64,000 nucleotides of DNA. It comes from Eledone cirrhosa. Its lineage: Eukaryota. This document shows positions 13,565-27,825 of this stretch, in pieces (the first letter of the stretch is position 1; each line of letters begins with the position of its first letter). The DNA is taken from contig OZ024741.1 in assembly GCA_964016885.1 (NCBI GenBank), forward strand, positions 194,246,001-194,310,000. Reading direction: 5' to 3'. A program made the position numbers and the translations under genes. Under the pieces are notes generated by a model. That model saw only the letters and a list, made by a program, of their open reading frames with translations. It searched no databases and had not been told where the DNA came from.

Positions 13565-13960
13565 TTGTTTCTATTTTAGGCACAAGGCCAGCAATTACCC
13601 AGTGCATTACTGGTACTTTATTTTATCGACCCCGTAAGGATGAAAGGCAAAGTCAACCTCGGCGGGATTTGAACTCAGATCGTAAAGGGACGTAACTATG
13701 CTGGAAAGCATGGCGTCCGACCCCCCACCGATACTGCCAATCCACCGCCTTCTTAATGATAATAATAATAATGATTTCTACTATAGGCACAAGGCCAGCA
13801 ATTTTGGGGAAAGGAGAAAGTTGATTAAATCAACCCCAATTCATTATTGCAGCTTTATTTTATTGACCCCGTAAGGTTGAAAGGCAAAGCTAAACTTGAC
13901 GGGATTTGAATTCAGAATGTAAAGTGCCATATCTAGATGCCGAAAAGCATCTTGTCTGAC
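13565..13960 (-). mobile_element. Two adjacent SINE family A copies
   Basis: Same consensus as 32293-32481, in reverse orientation. The second copy is more diverged. Confidence 0.9.
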
Positions 13961-13999
13961 TCTATCTATCTATCTATCTATCTCTCTTTATATATATTC

Positions 14000-15710
14000 A
14001 TATTGTAAACCAAGTAATACTAAATGGTGTCATACCAAATGACTGGCGTCACAGCATTATTGTCAACTGCTACAAGAGTAAAGGAGATGCACTCGATAGA
14101 GAAAACTATAGCGAATTCAAGTTGATGGACCAAGTCATGAAAGCCACAGAAAGAGTTATAGCACAGTTGATTAGGGATCGGGTTAACCTAGATGTGATGC
14201 AGTCTAGATTTGTGCCAGGTAAAAGCACCACAGATGCTCTCTTCTTTGTGAAGCAGCTACAGGAAAAGTAGCTAGCTAAAAGTAATTCACTCTACCTGGC
14301 ATTTGCTGATCTGGAGAAAGCTTTTGAAAGAGTCCCCCGTGCCATAATCTGGTGGGCTCTTAGAAAACTAAGAGTAGATGAGTGGCTTGTGAAGGCTATA
14401 CAAGCCATATATAGGGGAGCATCAGCAAAGTTAGGATTAACAACGACTATAGCGAGGAATTTAGCATGCAGGTTGGGATCCACCAGGGCTCTGTCCTTAG
14501 CCTTCTTCTGTTTATTATCATTCTGAAGATTACAATAGAGGAGTTTAAAACTGGTTGCCCATGGGAACTCATCTATGCAGATGATCTTACACACATAGCT
14601 GGTGGAACTAGTAAGTAGAAGGGGAAACAGAGCCCTGATATCCTTGGGGAAATTACCTTGCTCAGTGTGTAGGAAAGGTGTAGGTAGAAATTCCATCCTC
14701 AATCCCAAATGCAAACTATGGGTATACAAGAGATGTAGTGGGATCTCAGGTAGTTTAGCTAAGAACGTAGGTTTTCCATGTAGCCATTGCACCAGAGCAG
14801 TAAGTAGTAAACAACCATAGGAAACAAGCTGGGCAGGTTCAGTAGAAGTGGTAGATAGCTTCTGCTACCTGGGTGACCAAATAGCAGTAGAGGTCGGTGT
14901 TCTGAAAGCACAGTAACCAGAGTGAGAGTGGGATGGAAGAAGTTCAGGGAGCTATTACCACTGCTAGCTATAAAAGGCTTTTCCCTCAAAATGAAAGGCA
15001 GATTGTATGGTATGTACATACAAGCAGCAATGTTGCATGGCAGTGAGATCTGGGCACTGTGTGCAGAAGACTTGCAAAGATTGGAAAGAAGTGAAGTGTG
15101 CATGCTTCGATGGATGTGTAATAGTAATATATGAATGGCAAAGCATAAATGTACTGAGAGAGAAACTAGACATTAGAGGAATCAGATGCAGTGTGCAGAA
15201 GAGAAGATTGCATTTGTATGGACATGTGATGTGTATGAAGGATGATAGCTGTATAGAAAGGTGCGGAGTGCTGAAAGTTGATGGAAGTCATGGAGTAGGA
15301 AGAACCAGGAAGCTTACCTTGCACAGTTGATAAAAGCTTACCTTGCACAGTTGCACCTCTCAAAGGTGATGACACAGGATATCTGGTGTTATGCAGTATT
15401 ACCACCTTCCCATGAGTACAGGCTTAAGCATTCATATAGTATGCACCACATTTACCCCCACTTCCCATACACCTCCCATGAGCACAGGCTGAAGCATACA
15501 TTGGTATGCATCACCTTCCCCTTCATCCCCCTTCCACACATCACCCATGTCCTAACACTCCACCCCTCACACACGCCCATATACCCACTTCCCTAATCTC
15601 AACATGCCCTTCCCACCAAATCCCCCAGCCCACATTGTAAAGAGGTCATGTAGGTGTCATGAAAAAAGCATCCAGCCCACACAATAAAGTGGTTGTGTAG
15701 GTGTCACGGC
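14000..15710 (+). mobile_element. RTE LINE, older 5'-truncated and internally deleted copy
   Basis: Collinear with 1240-2950: LAFADLEKAF, LPCSVCRKGVGRNSI, GWKKFRELLPLL, MLHGSEIW. Many lesions. Confidence 0.9.
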
Positions 15711-15987
15711 AGGCAGAAACGACAATCCCCCTGACAGACACATACACACATGTACTTCCCTGACATTTGTGTATTATTCTATGTACTATACATACACCTT
15801 TGACAAGTTGTAGTGCACCTGAGCACTTTACACAATAATTTCATTATTATGTGTATATCATGACTCATGCACTGTTCATTTTCCTGATGTTTGTACATTA
15901 CCCTATGTACTATACATACACTTTTTGATGAGTTGTAGTGCACCTGAGCACTGTACACAATATTTCATTATTATTTTTATTATATAG

Positions 15988-16605
15988 AATTACCCTCTTC
16001 CCATTTGAAGGATGTAAATCCCTCATCTGGGACACCACATGCTGTGACACTTTCTCTACCTCCAACATAGTCGCTTCGGCCACAATTCACGGTACTGCGG
16101 CCCGCAATGTGGAGAACAGGAGAAGCAAGTATCGGGACTTGTCCAGCCACTTCCTTTTGCCTTGGTCACCATCAAGACCCTCAGGCGTCCTCGGACTCCA
16201 TAATGCTGAGCTCCTCTGTAATATCAGAACGTCAACAGCCCGTCCGAGGAAGGAGAAGCTGGGGGCGGCTATTACAATGGGTGTCACTGGCCATTGTCTG
16301 CAGAAATACCTTTGTAGTTTTGTCTGCAGGGCACAGCTGAAACACCACCCCAACCTAGGCATACTGCCCATCACCCTCTTCCCTTCCACCTTCCTTTCTT
16401 CTGTGGCCTAATAGTCCTTGTTCTCCTTCTCCTTTTCCTCTCATTTATGACATTTATAGTCCTTTCCTCTACTTTCCTCTACTGCCAGATCTGCTCTTCT
16501 CCCCTCTGTTCATTACTTAATTTTGTTTTTATCTTTTTTTCATATTTCCATCATAGTGTTTTGTCTCTATACAAACAGATTTGTAAAATAAAAAAAATAC
16601 TTAAT
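15988..16605 (+). mobile_element. CRE-type retrotransposon 3' end (REL endonuclease tail plus 3' UTR)
   Basis: ITLFPFEGCKSLIWDTTCCDTF...SKYRDLS, followed by a pyrimidine-rich UTR ending gtaaaataaaaaaaa. Confidence 0.7.
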
Positions 16606-17107
16606 TTATTTTTGTTGTTGATTAGATATTAAGTATTTTTTTATTTTACAAATCTGTTTGTACAGAGACAAAACACTATGATGGAAATATGAAAAAAAGA
16701 TAAAAACAAAAGCAAATCTGGCAGTAGAGGAAAGTAGAGGAAAGGACTATAAATGTCATAAATGAGAGGAAAAGGAGGAGGAGAACAAGTTAATTTATTT
16801 TTGTTGTTGATTAGATATTAACTCAGCAAAGTGAAAAAAAACTAAGTGTATTTCAATAAAAAGGTTGGAGTTTAGCAATAAAAACATTCACCGAAAGTTT
16901 GCAGTTATCAGGTTGTCAAATTTTAACCACTGTATAAACATGGACTTAATCAATTTGCTCCCCGACAACATTGTTTTAAAAAGTACGAAAAGAAAAGATA
17001 AAAAAAAACGTTAATCCACTAAAAAGGAATAACAATTTTAAAAATAAAAAAATTACAACTAACTATAGCAGTTACCTCCCTTTGACCGTTTTATAACAAA
17101 TATAATG

Positions 17108-17287
17108 GTTTCTACTTTTGGCACAAAGCTAGCAATTATCCTAGTGCATTACTGGTGCTTTATTTTATCGACCCTGTGAGGATGAAAGGCAAAGTTAACC
17201 TCAGCAGAATTTGAACTCAGAACGCAAAGGGCCATTACTCTATGCTGCAAAGCATGGTGTCTGACTCTCTACCGATACTGCCAATCC
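17108..17287 (-). mobile_element. SINE family A
   Basis: Matches the family A consensus. Confidence 0.88.
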
Positions 17288-17606
17288 TATGATTCGGTTG
17301 ATTTTTATTGCTACATATGATGAAAATTGTTAACAATCTGTTGTTTTGATATCAAACCAAATGAAACAGGCATCAATTTATGATCCAAAACTGCTCATTT
17401 TCAAATGTCTATCCTTATACTAAAACCTTTCATTATAATTTTATTTTAGAAAATTTTCTTAAGAAATGTTCTAAATGTCAGTTGATAAATGAAAAATTAC
17501 AATTGTTTAGTTATTTTCAAAATGAATTGAAACATATTGACAGTGTATCTCATTAGAAATATACTAATGAAATGGTTAACTTCATCACCCATTCAGGAGA
17601 GTACAT

Positions 17607-17835
17607 TAATTTCTTCTTCTTCATCTTGCTCTGGCACAACGAGGCCGAGATCACCTAAAGCCAACAACCCTAAAGCCTCATTGTGCGTAGAGCCGACCAG
17701 GTTCACCAGCGCCCTCCATCACTAGTGGTTCCATGCCAACTCCTATGCATCTTCCATGGTGCTGTCGAGCCTCTGGAGATCTTCCCTGATGATATCTAGC
17801 TATCTGGTGCAAGGCCTGCCGAGAGGCTTCTTCCT
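17607..17835 (-). mobile_element. 3' end of a different RTE-like LINE with (GAA)n tail
   Basis: Reverse complement encodes KKPLGRPCTR..DIIREDLQRL..MED and ends gcaagatgaagaagaagaa. Confidence 0.6.
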
Positions 17836-18527
17836 TGATTTGCTGACATAATATTTGATTTTTCCAGTCCCATAACCCATTGATTTATAGAAAGATGTAG
17901 AAGCTTTTATCTATTTAATATATTACTATTTAAAGAAAGTATAAATATCTTTCAAACAGTAGAATCTGAGGAAATTAGTGATGGTCTGTGTTAGCAAATA
18001 GTACATAAAAAAATGTCAACAAAGTGAAAGAAGTTAGTGCTCTGAGAAAGGGAAGAAATTTGATATGTCTGGAATCCCTTTTATCAGAGATGCCATAGTA
18101 GTTTCTTTTGATTTGTGAGTCAAATTTTTTCTCTTTAATATTTTACACTTCTAATGAATAGTTTTATCTACATCAATTTCTGTAATTTTAGATGTTTCTA
18201 TATGGAAGAGAATTAAAGAAATCTTTCTAATTAAATTTTGACAAAACGCTTTTAAAACTATGAATTTTTAGAGAAAAATGTTAGCCCCTTTGTTGTCATA
18301 TTGCTTAAAGTTTTCTAACCATTTTGAAAATAACTTTTGGAGAGATTTAATAATATAATTAATTTCCTCACTATTAATCTGGTGTTTGGAGCATAACATA
18401 TGTTCTAATATAAAACTATGATGGTCAATTTTTACATAAACATAAATACTATAAAATAAACAACTTAGTAAGGTTATAATTTTTAAAGAACTTTTATAAA
18501 GTGTTCCAAATGAAAGGATTGTCCACA

Positions 18528-18830
18528 AAGTCAGAAAACAGCACAGTTCCCATGACTTTCGGAAACATTTTTTCATGCTCAGAGTTGCTGAAGCATGGAA
18601 CAAACTGCATCAGTTGTTAGCTGTCGAGACACTGCATCCTTTAAGGCCTCCATGCTTCCCGAGATCCGCCAACACTACAGCTAATGTTCCCCCTCCATAC
18701 ACATACACACATGTATACCATGACTCGTACACTATTCACTTCCCTGACATTTGTGTATTATTCTATGTACTATACATGCACCTTTGACGAGTTGTAGTGC
18801 ACCTGAGCATTTTACACAATAATTTCATTG
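18528..18830 (+). mobile_element. CR1/L2-type LINE 3' end; its UTR is repeated twice at about 15735-15975
   Basis: RKHFFMLRVAEAWNKL motif, followed by ttgtagtgcacctgagca..tacacaataatttcatt. Confidence 0.7.
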
Positions 18831-20522
18831 GGTAATTGCTGGCCTTGTGCCTAAAGTAGAAACAATTATTATTATATGTTGAAAGTGCTAAATGTCAATG
18901 AGGCAGAAGACCTAAGTATCAGTTTGTAATTTCAGGCATTATACTCCCAGAGCCATTTGACAAGGGAAGAACTTTGTTGGTATTCACAAGGGCGTTTGGT
19001 AGGAACTCAATACTGCATAAGCAGTGCAAACAATGGGTACATTAAATGTGCAGTGGGATCTCTGATGCATAAACAAAGAAATACAGTTTCAGATGCAACA
19101 GATGTGTACTGGAGTAAGTTCAAAAACCGTCTGTCCCAAGCCTGGAGACTCATCAGGCCAGAGCTTATCTCAATTTCATTGGCTTTTAGTGAATGAGATT
19201 ATATGTCATACACTGGACAGGACACTAGTTAAATGCAAGGTTAACTCCCAGGTGTTGCTGGTATTCATTTTCAGCTGAATTGACTGAAGCAACATGAAAT
19301 AAAGTGTTTCGTTTAAGAACACCATATGCCACCTGGTCCAGGAATTACGTCTATGAAATTACAATCATAAGTCCAACACCCCAACCACTAGGCTACATAC
19401 CTTCATTGGAGCAAGAGAAGCCATGAAATGAAGCGCATGAACTTATCGAATGAACATCAAGTTGGAATTGATAGTTTCTATTAGTATTAGAATTAGCTGT
19501 AGTGTAAATAACTACAGTAGGGATATGGGAAAGGGGTAAGGGAAGTTCAAGAAACTGTTACACTTAAGTGTGGCGACAGCATGGTTGAAGGGTTAAGAAG
19601 TTCACTTCCCAATCAGCAGGTCCTGTGTTTGATCCCACTGCTTGAGTATTTGGGCATATAGGATTTACCATTGCTTTGGGTCAAACCATGCCTTGTGAGT
19701 GAAATTGGGTAGATGGAAACTGTTTGGGAGCTTATCAAATCAACTTTACCTGTAATTCAAAGGGTCAGCCTTGTCACACCCTGTGTCATGCTGAAACTCT
19801 CTGAGAATTATGTTCAAGGTACACATGTCTGTGGAATGCTCAACCAATTAAATGTTAATTTTATGAGCAGGTTGTTCTGTTGATCAAACAACTGGAGCAC
19901 CTGTCATTGAAAAATATGAAGGAATATACATCTGAAAATTACAAAGGATTTCTTGCTCCTTGCAAAAGGTAGACTGAATGAAGCATGCATAAGAGATTTG
20001 ATGCTCTATGATAGTGAGGCATGGATTTTGATGAATAAGATCTGTGGAGTCTGGTGAATTATAGTCAAATCTCCAGCTGTTAGGTTTTATTAATGAGATA
20101 AAATAGGGCAGTGTATTGGCAGTATTGGTAGTGCCAGAAAAAAAATTCTTTGTTGCATAGTATGGGGGTCAACTTAATCAATTTTCCTCTCCCCTCAAAC
20201 TGCTGACATTGTGCCTAAATTAGAAACCATTAATGAGATAAAACAAAAGAAAACAATGACAACAGCAATGATTATAATGTTGATTTGGTGATATTAATTT
20301 AAAAAAAAGAATATCTTTGAGAGTAAGTGGATGTTCTAAGGGATTGTGGAAAGAAGTGATATGAGTACTTGTAATGCAATTGAAGCCATATTCATCATCA
20401 TCATCATCATCATCATCGTCATCATCATCGTCATCACTATCATCAGCATCAGCATCATCGTCATCATTATCATCGTCATTATCATGATCATCATCATCAT
20501 CAGATTCATCAGCATCTACATA

Positions 20523-20783
20523 ATTGTTTCTACTTTTGGCACAAGGACAGCAATTATTTCCAGTACATTACTGGTACTTTATTTAATTGACATAATTGTT
20601 TCTACTATTGGCACAAGGCCAGCAATTACCCAGTACATTACGGGTACTTTATTTTATCGACCCCGTAAGGATGAAAGGCAAAGTTAACCTCGGCGGGATT
20701 TGAACTCAGAATGGCAAGGGCTGTAACTCTATGCGTCAAAGCAAGGCGTCCGACCCTCTACCGATACTGCCAATTCACCGCCC
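20523..20783 (-). mobile_element. SINE family A (partial copy plus full copy) after a (CAT)n tract
   Basis: Matches the family A consensus. Confidence 0.88.
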
Positions 20784-20873
20784 GATGCCAAGACATGGAC
20801 ATATATGTACCAACAGATATACACACAAAAAGATTTGTACATTTATTTATGTACCATCAGCATCTACATAATT

Positions 20874-21220
20874 GGAGGCACATGGCTTAGTGGTTAGAGT
20901 ATTGGCCTTGCAATCGAAAGGTTGTGAGTTCAATTCTCAGACTGGGTGATGTGTTGTTTCCTTGAGCAAGACACTTTATTTCACATTGCTCCAGTTTACT
21001 CAGCTGTAGAAATGAGATGATAGGGACTGGGGTCCCTATCATTCCACTGCAAAGTGGTCGTGGAGGTGCCACGGCAAAAAAAGCACCCAGCACCCACTGT
21101 AAATGAGGTTGGTGTTAGGAAGGGCATCCAGCTGTAGAAATCAAGCCAGAGTCAGTTCCTGTCCCACCCTTGCAAGCAGGGAAAAAGCGGACGTAAAATG
21201 AAATGATGAAAATGATGATT
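20874..21220 (+). mobile_element. tRNA-derived CORE-type SINE family B with RTE-derived tail
   Basis: A box tggcttagtgg, B box gagttcaattc, CORE-like tccttgagcaagacactttatttcacattgctcc. The tail is shared with the RTE 3' UTR. Confidence 0.88.
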
Positions 21221-21754
21221 GTCATCATCATCATTTTACATTTGCTTTTCCATGCTTTCTCAACACAATGCCCCCACCACATGTCAGCTTTGGTGATTTG
21301 AGATGAGCTATCATCACCTCCACTTAGGTCTTTCTTAGTTTTCCTCTAACGTAGTTTCCATCCACTGGGATTTCTTGGTAACTTCTTCATCCAGCAATCA
21401 TCACCCATACACTTCACATGTCCATATAAATCATTATTCATGTATACAGTAAATACTCTCTGTAAAGTGGTTCACAATAGGAAGGATATTTGGCTGTAGA
21501 AACCATGTCAAAATAGAAAGGAAGAACATAACATGGTCCCCAGGGCCATCTAGTCTTGGGACATGACAATCCATCCAAATCGAGTCAGCATGAAGAGTGG
21601 ACATAAAATGATGATGAGAACAATGATGTCGATGATGATGATGATGATGACAATGATGTCGATAATGGTAATGATGATGGCAATGATGATGATGATGAGG
21701 ATGATAATGATGATGATGATGATGATGACAACAATGATGATGATGATGTTAATG

Positions 21755-22273
21755 ATTGTTTCTACTTTAGGCACAAGGCCAGCAATTACCCAGTGCATTA
21801 CTGGTACTTTATTTTATCGACCCCCGTAAGGATGAAAGGCAAAGTTAACCTCGGCGGGATTTGAAGTCAGACCGTAAAGGGACGTAACTCTATGCTTCAA
21901 AGCATGGCGTCCGACTCTCTACCGACACCACTGCCAAGATGATAATAATGATAGTAATGAGGGAAATGATGACAATGATGATGATGACAATGATAATGAT
22001 AATGATGATGATGATGGTGATGGTGATGGTGATGGTGATGACAAGGCCATTCTTTATGTATACACCATTTATACCGAGATACAATGATTGTTTCTACTTT
22101 AGGCACAAGGCCAGCAATCACCCAGTGCATTACTGGTACTTTATTTTATCGACCCCCGTAAGGATGAAAGGCAAAGTCAACCTCGGCGGGATTTGAACTC
22201 AGATCGTAAAGGGACGTAACTATGCTGGAAAGCATGGCGTCCGACCCTCTACCGATACTGCCAATCCACCGCC
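21755..22273 (-). mobile_element. Two SINE family A copies interleaved with (GAT)n tracts
   Basis: Copies at about 21755-21935 and 22088-22273. Confidence 0.9.
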
Positions 22274-22939
22274 GAGATACAATAATATTGCACAAAAGCA
22301 TTTAAATTCTTCATCAAATTGAAAATAAAGACAATATCTTTCTTTCATTTTTATAATTTTTATTCATATATTTTGCCTTATTATTGGCTCTATAATATTT
22401 GTCATTGAAGATCTGTGCTTTTAGTAAGGTTTTCTTTCTGTTTGAAATTGAATAAAATCAATTAAAATTATAAATAAAAAATATGGAAACTGTTTTTTTT
22501 TTTTTTTTGCGTCTTTCTAAACATGATTGAAAAATTTGTATCTGGAAAGATAAAGACTTTGGTGTGTAGGGTAGAGACGGAAGTAGGGAGACATTAGGTT
22601 ATGGAGATTTACAATGGAGATTAATTAATATAGAAAAAATAGGGAAATATCTGATTATTACATAACACCCTCCCTCCCTGCATCATACACTTCAAGGTGT
22701 GGTGAGGGGTAGATAAAGAGGAGAGAGAGAGGGGGGGGGGAATAAAACAGGTGAGATATACAAGGAAAGTTTGAGATCAATCAAATCAATGAAAAGTCAA
22801 ATATATTTAGTATTATATATTTTCCACTCACACAAATACAAACATATATGTATATTATGTGTGTTATATGTATATATACATACACACACACACACATATA
22901 TATATATATACACACACACACATATATATATATATACAT

Positions 22940-22977
<38 letters not shown>

Positions 22978-23061
22978 ACATATATATATACACACACATA
23001 TATACACACACACATATATATATATACATATATATACATATATATATACATACACATATAT

Positions 23062-23114
<53 letters not shown>

Positions 23115-23317
23115 AACGAGTAGGACCCCCGACGGCTGAGCTCAAGCCGTTTCGACGGCTAATTCTGGACACACTCTACTACCCTAAGTATTGAGTACTT
23201 TGGTGCGTTATGGTCCATCTGGTTCCTTACCACATTTCCTTTGTTATATATATATATATATACATATACAATATTAAATAAATGGAAAACTATATTTATA
23301 AAACCATATTTATTTCA

Positions 23318-23372
23318 TTATATATATTTCGGGGATATCATATTAACAATATGCTATGCCTTCATCAGACAA
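23318..23372 (-). ncRNA. Degenerate type I hammerhead motif
   Basis: Reverse complement reads ttgt-CTGATGA-agg..catattgttaatatg..ccc-GAAAT-atat-ATA. Stem I is eroded. Confidence 0.5.
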
Positions 23373-23654
23373 AATACAATATAAACAGTTTTATAGATAA
23401 ATATATTCGACATACCGTAATAAACATCGACTTCATTTGAAGAGGTTTACGCTAGACTGGGGTCCCTATCATTCCACTGCAAAGTGGTCGTGGAGGTGCC
23501 ACGGCAAAAAAGCACCCAGCACTCACTGTAAATGAGGTTGGTGTTAGGAAGGGCATCCAGCTGTAGAAATCAAGCCAGAATCAGTTCCCGTCCCACCCTT
23601 GCAAGCAGGGAAAATTGAACCTAAAATGAAATGATGATGATGATGATATATATA

Positions 23655-24189
23655 AATATATATCACATAAGAAACGGAGAATCAGTGGTGTGACGAATTA
23701 AAATGTATTAGACATATTACAATCTGTTCTCTGGCGACTTCAGAGTCAGGTTCGATCATTACATCGATCGTGCCTCGAGCTGGTCGCCAGAGAAACGATT
23801 GTAATATGTCTAATACATTTTAACTCGTTGCACCACTGATTCTCCGTTTCTTATGTGATATATATTTATATATATATATATATATATATACATTATATAT
23901 TATATATTTCATTTACCAAAGGTTTCACGAAGACAGACGAGCTTGGCACATACGTCTGCCTTCAATCAGTTAGAGGAACAATCTATTAATGAACGAACCT
24001 GACTCTGGAATCGTAAGCTCCTCAGATATGTTTTGATATATAGACTCGCATTGAGTCTCAGACGCGAGTCTGCATATCAAAACACCACTGATTCTCCGTT
24101 TCTTATGTGATATTATACTCTGCTCTGTAAGAGGATCGAGTGCTCAAACGGCCTACCACATACGGATGCTTTAGGCATCCCACACCAAT

Positions 24190-24232
<43 letters not shown>

Positions 24233-24242
24233 AATTGTAGAA

Positions 24243-24285
<43 letters not shown>

Positions 24286-24529
24286 ATTAAGTGTAATGAG
24301 CTATAATACATTTATATTACGTCTAGCCAAGCCACCTTGGCTAGACGTAATTGCATCGATCGTGCCACGAGCTGGTCGCCAGAGAAACGATTGTAATATG
24401 TCTAATAAATTTTAACTCGTTGCACTACTGATTCTCCGTTTCTTATGTGATATTATACTCTGCTCTGTAAGAGCATCGAGTGCACAAACGGCCTACCACA
24501 TACAGATGCTTTAGGCATCCCACACCATT

Positions 24530-24602
<73 letters not shown>

Positions 24603-24700
24603 AATTGTAGAAATATGTATATATATATATATAATATATATGTAATTAAGTGTAATGAGCTATAATACATTTAGATTACGTCTAGCCAAGCCACCATCCA
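23655..24700. repeat. Rearranged cluster of one PLE-pLTR-like family (fold-back plus tandem copies)
   Basis: Inverted arms at about 23658-23738 and 23783-23862. Tandem duplication of 24085-24340 at 24425-24695. Hammerhead halves GAAAC-gatt-GTA (23791, 24383) and reverse-complement CTGAGGA (24019-24025). Same family as 41011-41103 and 50795-50886. Confidence 0.75.
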
Positions 24701-24879
24701 CTCACTCAATGAATTTACAAAAATAACACGTTGTAAGTAAGAACTTGGAACCCAGAGTGGACACTATACGTTAAATAGTGAATGAATGGCTTAGTGTGAG
24801 AACAAATATACTGTTCCATAACAATGTTATTACCACATACTATGTGCAATGGAGGCATCAGCAAGCACTGCAATATGCA

Positions 24880-25071
24880 CACATATAAATTTATATATAT
24901 TTGTGTGTGTGTGTGTGTGTGTAAATATATATATATATATATATATATACATGTGTGTGTGTGTGTGTGTAAATATATATATATATATATATATATACAT
25001 GTGTGTGTATATATATATATTTATATATATATACATGTGTGTGTATATATATATATTTATATATATATACA

Positions 25072-25111
<40 letters not shown>

Positions 25112-25113
25112 CA

Positions 25114-25153
<40 letters not shown>

Positions 25154-25155
25154 CA

Positions 25156-25196
<41 letters not shown>

Positions 25197-25408
25197 GTGT
25201 GTGTGTGTATATATATATTTATATATATATATACATGTGTGTGTGTATATATATATATTTATATATATACATGTGTGTGTGTATATATATATATATTTAT
25301 ATATATATATATACATGTGTGTGTATATATATATATTTATATATATATGTATATGTATATATATATATATTTATATATATATGTATATGTATATATATAT
25401 ATATTTAT

Positions 25409-25440
<32 letters not shown>

Positions 25441-25444
25441 TTAT

Positions 25445-25500
<56 letters not shown>

Positions 25501-25504
25501 TTAT

Positions 25505-25554
<50 letters not shown>

Positions 25555-25774
25555 GTATATTTCACGCTGTAATGTGGCCGTGTAGGCAACACGGTAAAAA
25601 CCTCCCAGACCCACACTGTAAATGTGGTTGGTGTTAGGAAGGGCATCCAACTGTAGAAAACCTGCCAGACAGTCCTATGCGAGCAAGACAATCACTCTTG
25701 CCTCAAGTGGGAAAACCCCCGTCCAAACCCATGCAAGCGTGGAACACGGACGTTAAACGATGATGATGATGATG

Positions 25775-25808
<34 letters not shown>

Positions 25809-25809
25809 G

Positions 25810-25877
<68 letters not shown>

Positions 25878-25982
25878 GATATAAATATATATATATATAT
25901 ATATTTGTGTGTGTGTGAGTGAATATATATATATATATACATGTGTGTATATATATATATATATATACATGTATATATATAT

Positions 25983-26033
<51 letters not shown>

Positions 26034-26120
26034 CATATATATATTTATATATCTATATAAATATATATATATTTGTGTGTGTAAATATATATATGTGTGT
26101 GTATATATATATATGTATGT

Positions 26121-26172
<52 letters not shown>

Positions 26173-26228
26173 TTATGTATATATATTTATGTATATATAT
26201 TTATATATATACATAAATATATATATAC

Positions 26229-26279
<51 letters not shown>

Positions 26280-26280
26280 A
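24880..26280. repeat. Compound (TA)n/(TG)n microsatellite with an embedded RTE 3' tail (25563-25775)
   Basis: Seen directly. The embedded tail is nearly identical to 40497-40720. Confidence 0.95.
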
Positions 26281-26540
26281 GGCGCATGGCTTAGTGGTTA
26301 GAGCATTGGGCTTGCAATCGAAAGGTTGTGAGTTCAATTCTCGCACTGGGTGATGTGTTGTTTCCTTGAGCAAGACACTTTATTTCACGTTACTCCAGTT
26401 TACTCGGCTGTAGAAATGAGTACCGGCCTGCCCGCCCAGCCAGTGGGATGGCGTTATCTTATGGCTAAAACAGCACGACATGCTGCGACCAGCGGCGCCG
26501 ATTGGCGACAGACTGGTCGGTCAAGGTGATGAACGTGATA
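26281..26540 (+). mobile_element. SINE family B head with an alternative GC-rich tail
   Basis: Same head and core as 20874 up to ctgtagaaatgag, then unrelated sequence. Confidence 0.8.
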
Positions 26541-26679
26541 TATATATACAGTAATAATATGAAGACTAAAATCCAAAGAGGGCTCGATAAGGATAAATAT
26601 ATATGAAATATATAAGAACCCTAGAGCAAATATTTATTAAAATAACAGATTATTACATATATATATATATATATGACAC

Positions 26680-27047
26680 ACGACCGTGACCTCTGGCGTC
26701 ATGCAGTAATACAGAGTACCCGACCTCCCATGGGTACAAGCTGAAGCATATAGACAATATACTCCCACACCCTCCCACTGTAAGGTGGTCGTGGAGGTGC
26801 CAAGGCAAAAAAGCATCCAGCCCACACTGTAAAGTGGACGTGTAGGCGCCACGGAAAAAGCACCCAGCACTCACTGTAAATGAGGTTGGTGTTAGGAAGG
26901 GCATCCAGCTGTAGAAATCAAGCCAAAATCAGTTCCTGTATGAGCAAGGCAAGGTCAGCCGGCCAGACACTTCCCACAACAGGACAACCCGTCTAACCCA
27001 TGCTAGCATGGAAGAATGGACGTAAAACTGTGATGATGATGATGATG
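26680..27047 (+). mobile_element. RTE LINE 3' end with repeated cactgtaa..tgg.cgtg.agg modules and a (GAT)n tail
   Basis: Similar to 2660-3093. Confidence 0.8.
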
Positions 27048-27066
27048 ATATATTATATATATATAT

Positions 27067-27098
<32 letters not shown>

Positions 27099-27397
27099 AT
27101 ATATATATATTATATATATTATATAAATATATATATTTATATATATATTATATATATATATATATAAATATTTTTATATATATTATATATTTATATTATA
27201 TATATTATATATATAAAATTATATATATATATTATATATTTATATTATATATATTATATATATATATTATATATATTATATATATTTATATTATATATAT
27301 TATATATATTATATATATATATTATATATATATATTATATATATATATATATACACATATATTATATATACATATATTATATATATTATATATATAT

Positions 27398-27715
27398 GGA
27401 GGCACATGGCTTAGTGGTTAGAGCATTGGCCTTGCAATCGAAAGGTTGTGAGTTCAATTCTCAGACCAGGTGATGTGTTGTTTCCTTGAGCAAGGCACTT
27501 TATTTCACATTGCTCCAGTTTACTCAGCTGTAGAAATGAGATGATAGGGACTGAGGTCCCTATCATTCCACTGCAAAGTGGTCGTTGCGGTGCCATGGCA
27601 AAAAAGCACCCAGCACTCACTGTAAATGAGGTTGGTGTTAGGAAGGGCATCCAGCTGTAGAAATCAAGCCAGAATCAGGGAAAAGTGGACTTAAAATGAA
27701 ATAATGATGGTGATG
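27398..27715 (+). mobile_element. SINE family B with RTE-derived tail, embedded in (TA)n
   Basis: Near identical to 20874-21220. Confidence 0.9.
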
Positions 27716-27742
27716 ATATATTAATTATATATATATTATATA

Positions 27743-27825
<83 letters not shown>

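Noticed and set aside
20346-22196. Poly-Ile, poly-Met and poly-His ORFs
   Set aside because: They are (CAT)n/(GAT)n repeats and SINE tails.
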